Of a stretch of DNA of 64,000 nucleotides, positions 39,538 to 47,800 are shown one piece after another; positions within the stretch are counted from its first letter, which is position 1, and every line of letters begins with the position of its first letter. This DNA is from Candidatus Nomurabacteria bacterium GW2011_GWD2_36_14 (GTDB lineage Bacteria > Patescibacteriota > Minisyncoccia > Phycocordibacterales > UBA9973). The notes beneath the pieces are model-generated. The model was not told the DNA's origin. It made no database searches and saw only the letters and a program-made list of their open reading frames with translations. The stretch covers positions 315,200 through 379,199 of the forward strand of contig LBRL01000001.1 of NCBI GenBank assembly GCA_000991405.1, in the 5' to 3' direction. Made by a program: the position numbers and the translations under genes.

Positions 39538-39568
39538 AAAGAGCCCGACCTTCGGTCGGGCTCTTTAT
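39538..39568. terminator. Bidirectional terminator hairpin
   Basis: aaaGAGCCCGACCttcgGTCGGGCTCttta. Confidence 0.6.
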
Positions 39569-39584
39569 GTTAGAATATTAGACT

Positions 39585-42500
39585 TTACTGTAAGTCAGCA
39601 GTTGCTGTCATAAGACTACCTCTTCCAAAGAATCCATCAGATCTAATCTTGTGTTCGGCCTGCCAAGCCTTAACCTTATTGGCCGTTCCTCTTCCAAAGA
39701 TTCCATCAGCATCTATACCAAGGAAAGCTTGAAGAATTTTGACATCATCCCCTCTTGTACCTTGTCGTAGAGTTCTATTGATCTTTGCTAAATCTTCTGC
39801 GTCAACAGTATTGTCACTTCCTGCAGAAACATCTGCACTTTTTGAAGCACCCGTACACTGGTATTTAACTATACAACCACTTGCATCTTTGACTGCTTCT
39901 GTCTGATAAGCACCACAAGATACTGGTGCAACATATGTAGGACAAGTATTTGTTGATGAAGAATTAATTGTGAAATAATTATTACTTTCGTCAGAAATAC
40001 CCTTATAGTCAGAAATTGATATTTTGAATTTTTTACTACCAATAGCAAGTATATCTTTCAATCCATCATACCCTACTATTTTATCAGTAATAAACGTGTA
40101 AATTCCAGTATTTAATACAGTATTGGCTACTTTAGAACCATCAGTATTTTTTGTAAAACCTGCAAGAGGAAAAGAAACTCCAGATTGATCAGTCAAATAC
40201 GCATAAACTCCTGTTCCTGAAATATTACAAGTAGACCACCCAACTGTAATTTGTTGTCCTGTAGTAAATGCTTCTCCTCCATTTGGAGTAGCAACAGTTA
40301 TAAATGGAGAACTATTTGAAGGACACATTACAGATTCATTAGATTTAATTGTAAATGAACTATCGGAATTATCGCCTGCAACATTTTGACCATCATAAGA
40401 GGCTTGTTGTATAATACCAATCTTGTAATATTTACCACTTTGAGGAGTACAATTTTTTATACTATAATCATCATTCTTTATTGTTACTAGTTCATATCCA
40501 TCATTTGTGGATAATAAACTGCTATTATTTAAATCACAACCCTTTGCTGTATTGCCGTTATCAAACAGACCTGACAAAGAAATTCTTATTTTTTCATTTG
40601 CATCAAGATTAGAACTCTTCCACTTTACTTCAATTTTATCTCCAACTTTATAAACCTCCCCACCATTTGGACTCAAGACTGTAATCGAAGGAGTAGTAGT
40701 TCCACATGGCAATGTTGTAAATGTTCCATCAGAAGTGTAACCTGTACCAACTGTATTTGATAATGCCCCATAGAAGTAATACTTTGTACCACAAGTTAAA
40801 CCTGTTACAGAAACATTATAAAAATCTGTTGATATAGTATAATCAGTGCCCTTAACTGGAGTTGAAGGACGAGGAGTTTTACCATAATAAATGTATCCAA
40901 TAGAAGAATTAGAAACAGGATAACCCATTAATATGACATTTGCTCCTAATACGGCAGAAGTCTGAGTAACTGACGTTGCTAATGGATTTGAGACAACGGG
41001 GACAGATGGAGTGGTTGAGGAAGCCCTAATTGAAAATGTATTATCAGATTCATCTTGAGAAACATAACCTGCCGGCCCATTAAATTTTACTAAAATTTTA
41101 TATCCATTAGATAAATTAGAATTTGACGGGATGGTTAGAGTAATAGAATCATCACCTACAACTTCTGCCCTAAAAGAACCAAAATTATAAGTATCACTAT
41201 ATGCATTTTTTAAAAAAACTGAAACAGTATCACCTACCTGTGAATCATTATTTGTCATTTTATATTTCACTGTAATTTGCTGACCAACAGTATATTGCTC
41301 TCCTCCATTTGGAGAAAGAAGTGTAATTGAGGGAGATACTGAGGCTGGAGTTGTAAAGGAAGAAGTGCTTCCACAAAATGGAGAACTTATAGATCCCTGA
41401 CCAGTAGAAAGAGACGTTGCAGCAACGCAAGCTCTATAAGAATATTTTGTATTTGGCAACAAGGTTTTAATATCAAATTGATAAGTAAAATCTCCACTCA
41501 TACTAATTGAAGAATTACTTACATTTGCCTTGCTTGAGTTTGGTAAATTAGAATACACTCCATACTCAAACCATACTGTAGCACCATTGTAATTAAAAAT
41601 TCCACCAATATTTGATTGACCATTGTTTACAAGCTTACCTCTAAATTCTCCTTCATTACTATATGGATAAGTATAAGCATAATTACTATCAACAACTCCC
41701 CCCAATGTTGTAAATGTTCCCTCTGGTGAATATCCAGTTCCTGTGGCATTTGTTGCATATCCGCGGAATTTGTATGTTGTATTGGGAGTTAAGCTAGTGG
41801 CATATACTAACGTCTGCTGACTAGCTGATTTAACACAAGTAGCACCATTTGTTTTACTTGGAGCAGAAATACTTGCACTGTAGCAAACTCCATTTTCTAA
41901 TATAGTGAGAGGATACCCATTGCTTGTTACTGTCGCACCTAGCATTGCTCTATTTTCTGTAATACTTTGAGACGTAGGATATGATACAGTTGGAACACTA
42001 GAATAAGCACAACTGACTTGCTGAGTTGCTAAGCCTTCACAACTTCCACCATTTAAAGGAGCTGGGTTTGTACAATATCTTACTTGTGTTTGACCATTAC
42101 TTGTACAACTTCCAGAATTAGTCCAATCTGTCCAACCACCGGGAACAGGAGTTACTGAGGCTGGGGTTGTAAAACTTACTGTATTGCTCCAATTGGTAGC
42201 TGTGTCATTTATAGCATAACTAATTGCTAAATATTTTGTATTTGGAGTCAATCCTGTTCTATTTTGTGAGAATGGTCCAGTAGTTTTCCCTGCATCATTT
42301 AAGCAATTACTCATAGGACCTTGTGTCTCAAGTCCATAACAAGTACCGCGAGCTATAAGTAAAGCTGGGTAGCCTAAAGATACAACGCTTGAAGATATTG
42401 TAACTCCAGTAGATGTAAAATTAGAAACAGTAGTAGTCCCTAAAGTTGGAGGTTGTGGAATATCTGCGACAGAACCCTTCAGGCTTATTTTCAATGAAGC

Positions 42501-42620
42501 AATCTCCCTCTGTAGATTTTGTATTTTTAGTAAAGTGTCACTCAACACAGATGCATGCACTTGCCCGATCCCTACAGAAAGGAATCCGAAAATGAACAGC
42601 CCAACCAGTAACTTTTTCAT
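39585..42620 (-). CDS. Large secreted surface protein with FN3-like repeats, SPNGGE-motif domains and a C-terminal peptidoglycan-binding (PG_binding_1-like) domain
   Basis: Signal peptide MKKLLVGLFIFGFLSVGIGQVHA. There are repeated TxYxF/Y...G.GYS..G.FTT blocks and three (L/V)SPNGGE...W modules. The C-terminal end has DDVKILQAFLGIDADGIFGRGTANKVKAWQ. Confidence 0.55.
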   Translation of the reverse strand: MKKLLVGLFIFGFLSVGIGQVHASVLSDTLLKIQNLQREIASLKISLKGSVADIPQPPTLGTTTVSNFTSTGVTISSSVVSLGYPALLIARGTCYGLETQGPMSNCLNDAGKTTGPFSQNRTGLTPNTKYLAISYAINDTATNWSNTVSFTTPASVTPVPGGWTDWTNSGSCTSNGQTQVRYCTNPAPLNGGSCEGLATQQVSCAYSSVPTVSYPTSQSITENRAMLGATVTSNGYPLTILENGVCYSASISAPSKTNGATCVKSASQQTLVYATSLTPNTTYKFRGYATNATGTGYSPEGTFTTLGGVVDSNYAYTYPYSNEGEFRGKLVNNGQSNIGGIFNYNGATVWFEYGVYSNLPNSSKANVSNSSISMSGDFTYQFDIKTLLPNTKYSYRACVAATSLSTGQGSISSPFCGSTSSFTTPASVSPSITLLSPNGGEQYTVGQQITVKYKMTNNDSQVGDTVSVFLKNAYSDTYNFGSFRAEVVGDDSITLTIPSNSNLSNGYKILVKFNGPAGYVSQDESDNTFSIRASSTTPSVPVVSNPLATSVTQTSAVLGANVILMGYPVSNSSIGYIYYGKTPRPSTPVKGTDYTISTDFYNVSVTGLTCGTKYYFYGALSNTVGTGYTSDGTFTTLPCGTTTPSITVLSPNGGEVYKVGDKIEVKWKSSNLDANEKIRISLSGLFDNGNTAKGCDLNNSSLLSTNDGYELVTIKNDDYSIKNCTPQSGKYYKIGIIQQASYDGQNVAGDNSDSSFTIKSNESVMCPSNSSPFITVATPNGGEAFTTGQQITVGWSTCNISGTGVYAYLTDQSGVSFPLAGFTKNTDGSKVANTVLNTGIYTFITDKIVGYDGLKDILAIGSKKFKISISDYKGISDESNNYFTINSSSTNTCPTYVAPVSCGAYQTEAVKDASGCIVKYQCTGASKSADVSAGSDNTVDAEDLAKINRTLRQGTRGDDVKILQAFLGIDADGIFGRGTANKVKAWQAEHKIRSDGFFGRGSLMTATADLQ

Positions 42621-42715
42621 GTTATTTTATAAAGTCACATTGTTATTATGACTTAAAAATTATGATTATTAATATGAGTATATTATACAATAATAGTTAG
42701 TACCCTGCAAACGAA

Positions 42716-42743
42716 AGCTCCCCTAAGCAAGGCTTGGGGGAGC
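42716..42743 (-). terminator. Terminator hairpin downstream of rpsR
   Basis: AGCTCCCCtaagcaaggcttGGGGGAGCT. The apex is 'aagcaaggctt'. Confidence 0.5.
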
Positions 42744-42800
42744 TATTTAAATATGCTTATTTAGCAATGTAGGGCTAAACCAAATTGGTCGCCCGATTGC

Positions 42801-43001
42801 CTACTTGGCAATATAGGGTAGTAATCCCATGAATCGAGCACGCTTGATAGCTATGGCTAGCTTGCGTTGATTCTTGGCTGTTACATCTGTCCTCTTGCGA
42901 GACTGCATACGAGCACTAGGAGTTATAAAGCGTCGTAGAAGTTCTACGTCTTTATAGTCTATGTGCTTTATGTTATTTGATGAAAAATAATCTTGTTTCA
43001 T
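42801..43001 (-). CDS. rpsR: 30S ribosomal protein S18
   Basis: IDYKDVELLRRFI....RKLAIAIKRARFMGLLPY. The MKQDYF start at 43001 is preferred over the ORF start at 43043. Confidence 0.85.
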   Translation of the reverse strand: MKQDYFSSNNIKHIDYKDVELLRRFITPSARMQSRKRTDVTAKNQRKLAIAIKRARFMGLLPYIAK

Positions 43002-43004
43002 ATT

Positions 43005-43034
43005 AGTGATAAGGGAATAGTGAGAAGCGAATAG
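43005..43034. repeat. Repeat family copy A (agtgataagggaatagtgagaagcgaatag) between the 4HB gene and rpsR
   Basis: It is a direct repeat of 43435-43468 and inverted relative to 43492-43510 and 44044-44063. Confidence 0.6.
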
Positions 43035-43042
43035 CAAACTCA

Positions 43043-43414
43043 TTAGTCCTGTTTTAATTTTTTAATAATAACTGATAATAATTTTTCAACTTCAATGACC
43101 AATATTAATGCTCTGTTTACATTAATTTTTGGATACATTTCATTGCATAAAATTAATTGTGTTTCTAATTCAGCAGAAGATCCATATGCAATAATGAGAA
43201 ATCGTACAAAATCTCTTGTTCCTCTTTTATGTCCCTCTGCAATATTACTCGGAATAGAGATAGCACTTCTTTTCATTTGGGAATTAAGACTGTACATTTC
43301 TTCATGAGGTAACTTTTTAGAAATATCATATATTTCTTTTGCTAATTCCATGGCTTTTTGCCAAACTATAAGTTCTTTAAATGAAGTAAGCATAAAAAAT
43401 AAATTTATTTTCAC
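43043..43414 (-). CDS. Four-helix-bundle protein (23S rRNA intervening-sequence protein family, TIGR02436-like), inserted between ssb and rpsR
   Basis: WQKA.ELAKEIY.....P.EE.YSL.SQM.RSAISIPSNIAEG..R....DF.RFL.IA.GS..ELETQL. GTG at 43414 and ATG at 43393 are alternative starts. Confidence 0.75.
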   Translation of the reverse strand: MKINLFFMLTSFKELIVWQKAMELAKEIYDISKKLPHEEMYSLNSQMKRSAISIPSNIAEGHKRGTRDFVRFLIIAYGSSAELETQLILCNEMYPKINVNRALILVIEVEKLLSVIIKKLKQD

Positions 43415-43434
43415 TATCCTCTTTACTCTTGATT

Positions 43435-43468
43435 AGTGACAAGTGGATAGTGGTAAGCGAACAGTGAG
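43435..43468. repeat. Repeat family copy B (agtgacaagtggatagtggtaagcgaacagtgag)
   Basis: Direct repeat of copy A with ~5 mismatches over 30 nt. The two copies flank the 4HB gene. Confidence 0.6.
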
Positions 43469-43491
43469 ATTTTTAATTAATTATTCTCCCC

Positions 43492-43519
43492 CCACTATTC
43501 CCTTTACTCTATTCCCTTT
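43492..43519. repeat. Repeat family copy C, inverted orientation (ccactattccctttactct attcccttt)
   Basis: The reverse complement aagggaatagtgg matches aagggaatagtgag in copy A. Together with copy A this makes a ~13-bp inverted pair bracketing the 4HB ORF. Confidence 0.6.
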
Positions 43520-43522
43520 TTA

Positions 43523-43963
43523 CTAGAAAGGTATATCCTCTGCATTTATCTGCTCTTCTGGGTACTCTATGGTATCTATCTCCTCTTCTTTTTTAGAAGC
43601 AGGTGCTTGTGAAGAAGGTGAAGACGAACCACTTGGCTTGGAACCAAATTGCACAGTATCTGCAATAACTTCTGTACGATACTTCTTAGTATTTGTGGCA
43701 GCATCATCCCAGCTTCGAGTCTCCATGCGCCCTTCGACTAGTATCTGACTTCCCTTCTTCATATAAGTAGCTACGTTCTCTGCTGTCTTGCCCCATACTA
43801 CTATATTGTGATAATCAGTCTTCTCTTGTCTTACTCCATTGGCATCTTTGTAAGTACGATTGGTGGCAATACTGAAAGTACAAACTTTATTTCCTGATGC
43901 TATGGCCTTTAATTCTGGATCACGAGTTAAATTCCCTATAAGAATTGCTTTGTTTAAATACAT
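43523..43963 (-). CDS. ssb: Single-stranded DNA-binding protein
   Basis: OB-fold NKAILIGNLTRDPEL...W motif and an acidic C-terminal tail ending in EDIPF. Confidence 0.85.
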   Translation of the reverse strand: MYLNKAILIGNLTRDPELKAIASGNKVCTFSIATNRTYKDANGVRQEKTDYHNIVVWGKTAENVATYMKKGSQILVEGRMETRSWDDAATNTKKYRTEVIADTVQFGSKPSGSSSPSSQAPASKKEEEIDTIEYPEEQINAEDIPF

Positions 43964-43983
43964 ATAATTAGTGTTTAGGGTAT

Positions 43984-44013
43984 AGAGTAAAGCGTATAGT
44001 GAATACGAAACTC
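43984..44013. repeat. Repeat family copy D (agagtaaagcgtatagtgaatacgaaactc)
   Basis: The agagtaaag-N-atagtg core is shared with the reverse complement of copy C. Confidence 0.5.
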
Positions 44014-44043
44014 AATTCCCAAAATTTATTTAGCTAATAAACC

Positions 44044-44076
44044 CTCACTATTCCCTTTACTCTACTCACTATCCCC
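44044..44076. repeat. Repeat family copy E, inverted orientation (ctcactattccctttactct actcactatcccc)
   Basis: ctcactattccctt is the exact reverse complement of aagggaatagtgag in copy A. Confidence 0.6.
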
Positions 44077-44083
44077 TAAAACA

Positions 44084-44587
44084 TTATACCACAAGAGCAT
44101 CAATTTCCTTGTCTACTTCTTCTACGTTAAGAGGTAAAGATTCCTCTGTTTTTGGAGTAAAACGACGCTTTGAAGCATCTGTTTTACCATATGCACGTTT
44201 GGTAGACATAGTACTCTCACGAACAGTCTTAATCATAAGATAACGAACAAGCTTTTCGTTTTTATCTAAGAATTCTTTTATAATCTTGCCATTTGCAGTT
44301 GTACACTCAAACTTTACCCAACCGAAATACCCATAAGAAAACTTCTGTTTCTTGTTAGCGATAGAACGAGACATCTCGTATGCTAGTTCTAACATCTTAG
44401 GATACTCATCAGAAATGAATACCGCTCCGTGGTCTCCCAAGGAGTCCTTCAATGCTGTGACTTCTCCTCCAAGATTCTCTTCTGGAATACTTGGAATCAT
44501 TATATAACCTACTTCATAAATAGAAGACTTTGCATCTGTAGTATCTACATCTGCTCCGTTATCTACAACTTCTTTTACTTTTGCCAT
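44084..44587 (-). CDS. rpsF: 30S ribosomal protein S6 (with a short N-terminal extension)
   Basis: YEVGYIMIPS...GG.V.......G.RKLAY-like S6 pattern. It is the first gene of the rpsF-ssb-rpsR operon. Confidence 0.7.
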   Translation of the reverse strand: MAKVKEVVDNGADVDTTDAKSSIYEVGYIMIPSIPEENLGGEVTALKDSLGDHGAVFISDEYPKMLELAYEMSRSIANKKQKFSYGYFGWVKFECTTANGKIIKEFLDKNEKLVRYLMIKTVRESTMSTKRAYGKTDASKRRFTPKTEESLPLNVEEVDKEIDALVV

Positions 44588-44712
44588 GTATATTTAGCGT
44601 AAATACGCTTAATTTATTACTTTTAATATCATTTCACTATGGACCAGTGTGTACCGGTTATAAGACCGGGACAAATGAAATGTAGAGTCATACTAACAGA
44701 TATTGGACTAAA

Positions 44713-44793
44713 TGTCCACTCCCACACCTATATTTTTATTGCAGGTATTTAAACCTGCGTTGAAAACTATAAAAATATAGGTGTGGGAGTCCA
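44713..44793. repeat. 20-bp perfect inverted repeat (actcccacacctatattttt / aaaaatataggtgtgggagt) enclosing a small hairpin gcaggtatttaaacctgc
   Basis: Visible in the sequence. It lies between the end of the giant fibre gene and the rpsF start. Confidence 0.6.
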
Positions 44794-44869
44794 CTTTTTC
44801 TATAGGTTGCTTTGCATAGTATTTTAACTCTACTGGATAAAATAGGTCTTTTATCTCCAGTACACTATG

Positions 44870-47800
44870 CTATTCTTCTGTATTTGATAGAGCAACAGGT
44901 GTTTCTGGTGCTACGGTTGGAGACACTTCTACGGCTTCTGGCTCTGGTACTACTACTGGCTCTGGAGCGACAGGCTCGCTTGAAGTGGGAGGAGTAGTGT
45001 CCTCTGTAGTAGTATCCTCTACTTCAGTATCAGTAGTAACTGTCGTATCAGGAGTAACCACTGGATCAGGTGTTGGTTCTGGGTCTGGAATTGTTTGAGG
45101 TTCTGGGATTTGAGTATGGGTGTTCTTAAATTCTTGAATCATTATTCGAAGTTGATCCTCATTTAAACATTCATTATCACTAGTACAAAATTCTTTCGTT
45201 TCTACTCTGTCGCTCTTCATAATTTTCGCAAAAATAATTTCAATTCCATTTGTTGCACTTGCTAACCAACCTTTCAAATTAGATATAAAAGAAGTATTGA
45301 TATCAATATTTTCTATGCTTGTAATCTTCAAATTCATTTCCTTGATAGCTTCTATGGTATAAGGGATTAGGTTGGTATAGGAGATGGATTTAAGATTTAG
45401 CCCTGTAATAGGATCAACTTTCGGATCAGTGAAGACCAAGCTTGGGAAGATTTGCTCCATCTCTTGAGCAATGAAGCCGATGTGCCGAGCATCCGTATCT
45501 GACTCAGAATTCCAATTGTAATTTACTGGAGTTAAGTAAGTGAGCTTTTCGAGGGTAGACTTACCATTCATATCGGGAATTGTTTTAAGAATAAATTCTA
45601 TGTCTTCTAGTGTAGTAATATTCTTCTTTAAGTTTATATCAGAAGAACAGACCAACGCTGTCGTCAGAGGGCTTATATCGCAATACCCCGTCGAACTAGT
45701 AAAGCGAGCAACCGTCCCCACCACCGAAGCCCCTCCAACATAGAGTACATTCCCTGTTCCTATCGTAGCCGTATTGCTCCCATTCCCCACCGCATTGTAC
45801 CCTATCACGATTTCATTCTGATTATTATCTGCACCTGCTTTAGTATCTCTACCGATATATACTCCATAATCGGAAGTAGTGTTGGCGGTTGTGCCGTCGG
45901 CAATGTATCTACCTGACCTATAACCTAGTGCAGTATTAGAACTTCCTGTTGTATTTAAGTTGAGAGAGCCATATCCATCAGCAGTATTAGAATCTCCTGT
46001 CGTGTTAGAATAAAGGGATTCAATTCCATTTGCCGTATTGTTACTTCCTGTAGTATTGGAATAAAGGGAACGTTCTCCATTTGAGGTATTGTAGTTTCCT
46101 GTAGTATTGGAATATAGTGAAGCATATCCATTTGCAGTGTTATAAAATCCTGTGGTATTTGAGTAAAGGGAAGAATGTCCATAAGCAGTGTTGTAATATC
46201 CTGTGGTGTTAGTTGTTAGAGAATATGCTCCATTTGCAGTGTTGTAAATTCCTGTGGTATTAGCTAAAAAAGAATTTAACCCATTTGCAGTATTTTGATA
46301 CCCCGTAGTATTATATCTTCCTGCCCCCACCCCTATAAATGTATTCCCTGAAGCAGTATTTGCTCTCATTTCAATACGAGCTGTACCATCGGAAGATTTA
46401 AGATTGACAAGAGGAGTGGAGACAGCAGTGAGTGACTTGATAGAGATGACTATTGTTCCGTCGAAGTCTGTTGTAGGAGTGATGGTAAGTGAAGCAGTAG
46501 AAGTTGTAGTTGGACCCCATGCTCCTGTAGCTGTTAGACTTGAAGCACTCTGTCCTCCAAATCCGATTGTGAATGAACCTGCTGTTCTACCTGTAACAGT
46601 GTAAGCTATTTGGTATTTGGTAGCATTGACTGCAACTTTATCATGCGAAAGTACAGAGGTGTTACCTACTGTATGAGTCCAGCCTGTAGCAAAGTCCCCT
46701 GTCCAGTCTGTAGAAGTCCATCCTGTATCTAGTAGAAATTCTGCTGAGTAAGTAGGCAAATCATTGACTGCTAATCCCTGAATGTCGAGCTTCCCTGTGG
46801 GGGTGGTGGTGCCGATGCCGACGTTGCCAAGGTTATTTATCCTTAAATTTGTAGCCCCATTACTATTGAAGTTATAAGTCATGTAGCCATCTGAATCCTG
46901 ACCGTTAAAAGTAGTGGTGACATCCGTAACTTCAATTTGTTGATAGGTATTATTTTCAAATCCGGGACGAGTTATTCTCATGTTTCCGATAACATCCAAT
47001 TTTCCTAAGGGACTCGTCGTCCCAATCCCGACATTGCCAGAATAATCAATTCTCATTCTTTCGGTCGATACTGTATTATAATTTCCTGTGCCAAAAGATA
47101 ATGATACTCGAGGAGACGCTGGGTATCCGCTTGCAGAATCATCATTTATAGCTTTAATAAAACCAACACTATGAGCACCTATTCCTGTTGAATCTGATGT
47201 ATTAAAATCAATCTGTCCTAATATATCATTATGTATCCAAGAAGAACCACTACGAGAATCTTTAATAGTTAATACTGGGATAGAACCTTCTAAGTGGAAA
47301 AGTGATGCTGGATTCGTCGTCCCAATACCGACAGAGCCAGATCCATTTATTCTCATTCTTTCAACTATTCCTGTTCCATTTAGATAGTTACTGAAAGACA
47401 AGTAACTTGTCCCTCCGGTTGATTCTCTTATTCCCGCTATTTGGGAACCAACTGTCTCATCAGTAGAACTCGTAAAATGAATTATTTCTCCTGCTCCATC
47501 TGTGGCAGAATCAGAATCTAGAATTAAAAGTTTTTGTGGAGTTCCTAACGTGTTTTGAACATGTAATTTTGATCCAGGTGCCGTTGTCCCAATACCGACG
47601 GAGCCATTCATGTCTATTCTTACCTTTTCATTATATCCACCAGTTGCATTATTTGTTGAAAAACTTATATAACCACCACTTCCTGTCCAACCTGTGCCAT
47701 CACTACTATCTAAACCAAAATTAAGACCACCATTGGTGCTTGGTGCTCTATATGATTTATAATGAGAAACACCAATATCTGTAAAATAACTTGCGGAACT

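Noticed and set aside
42621-42715. AT-rich spacer upstream of the 1011-aa surface protein gene, as a possible small ORF or ncRNA
   Set aside because: It has only promoter-like AT-rich sequence and short hairpins. There is no ORF longer than 30 codons and no conserved structure.
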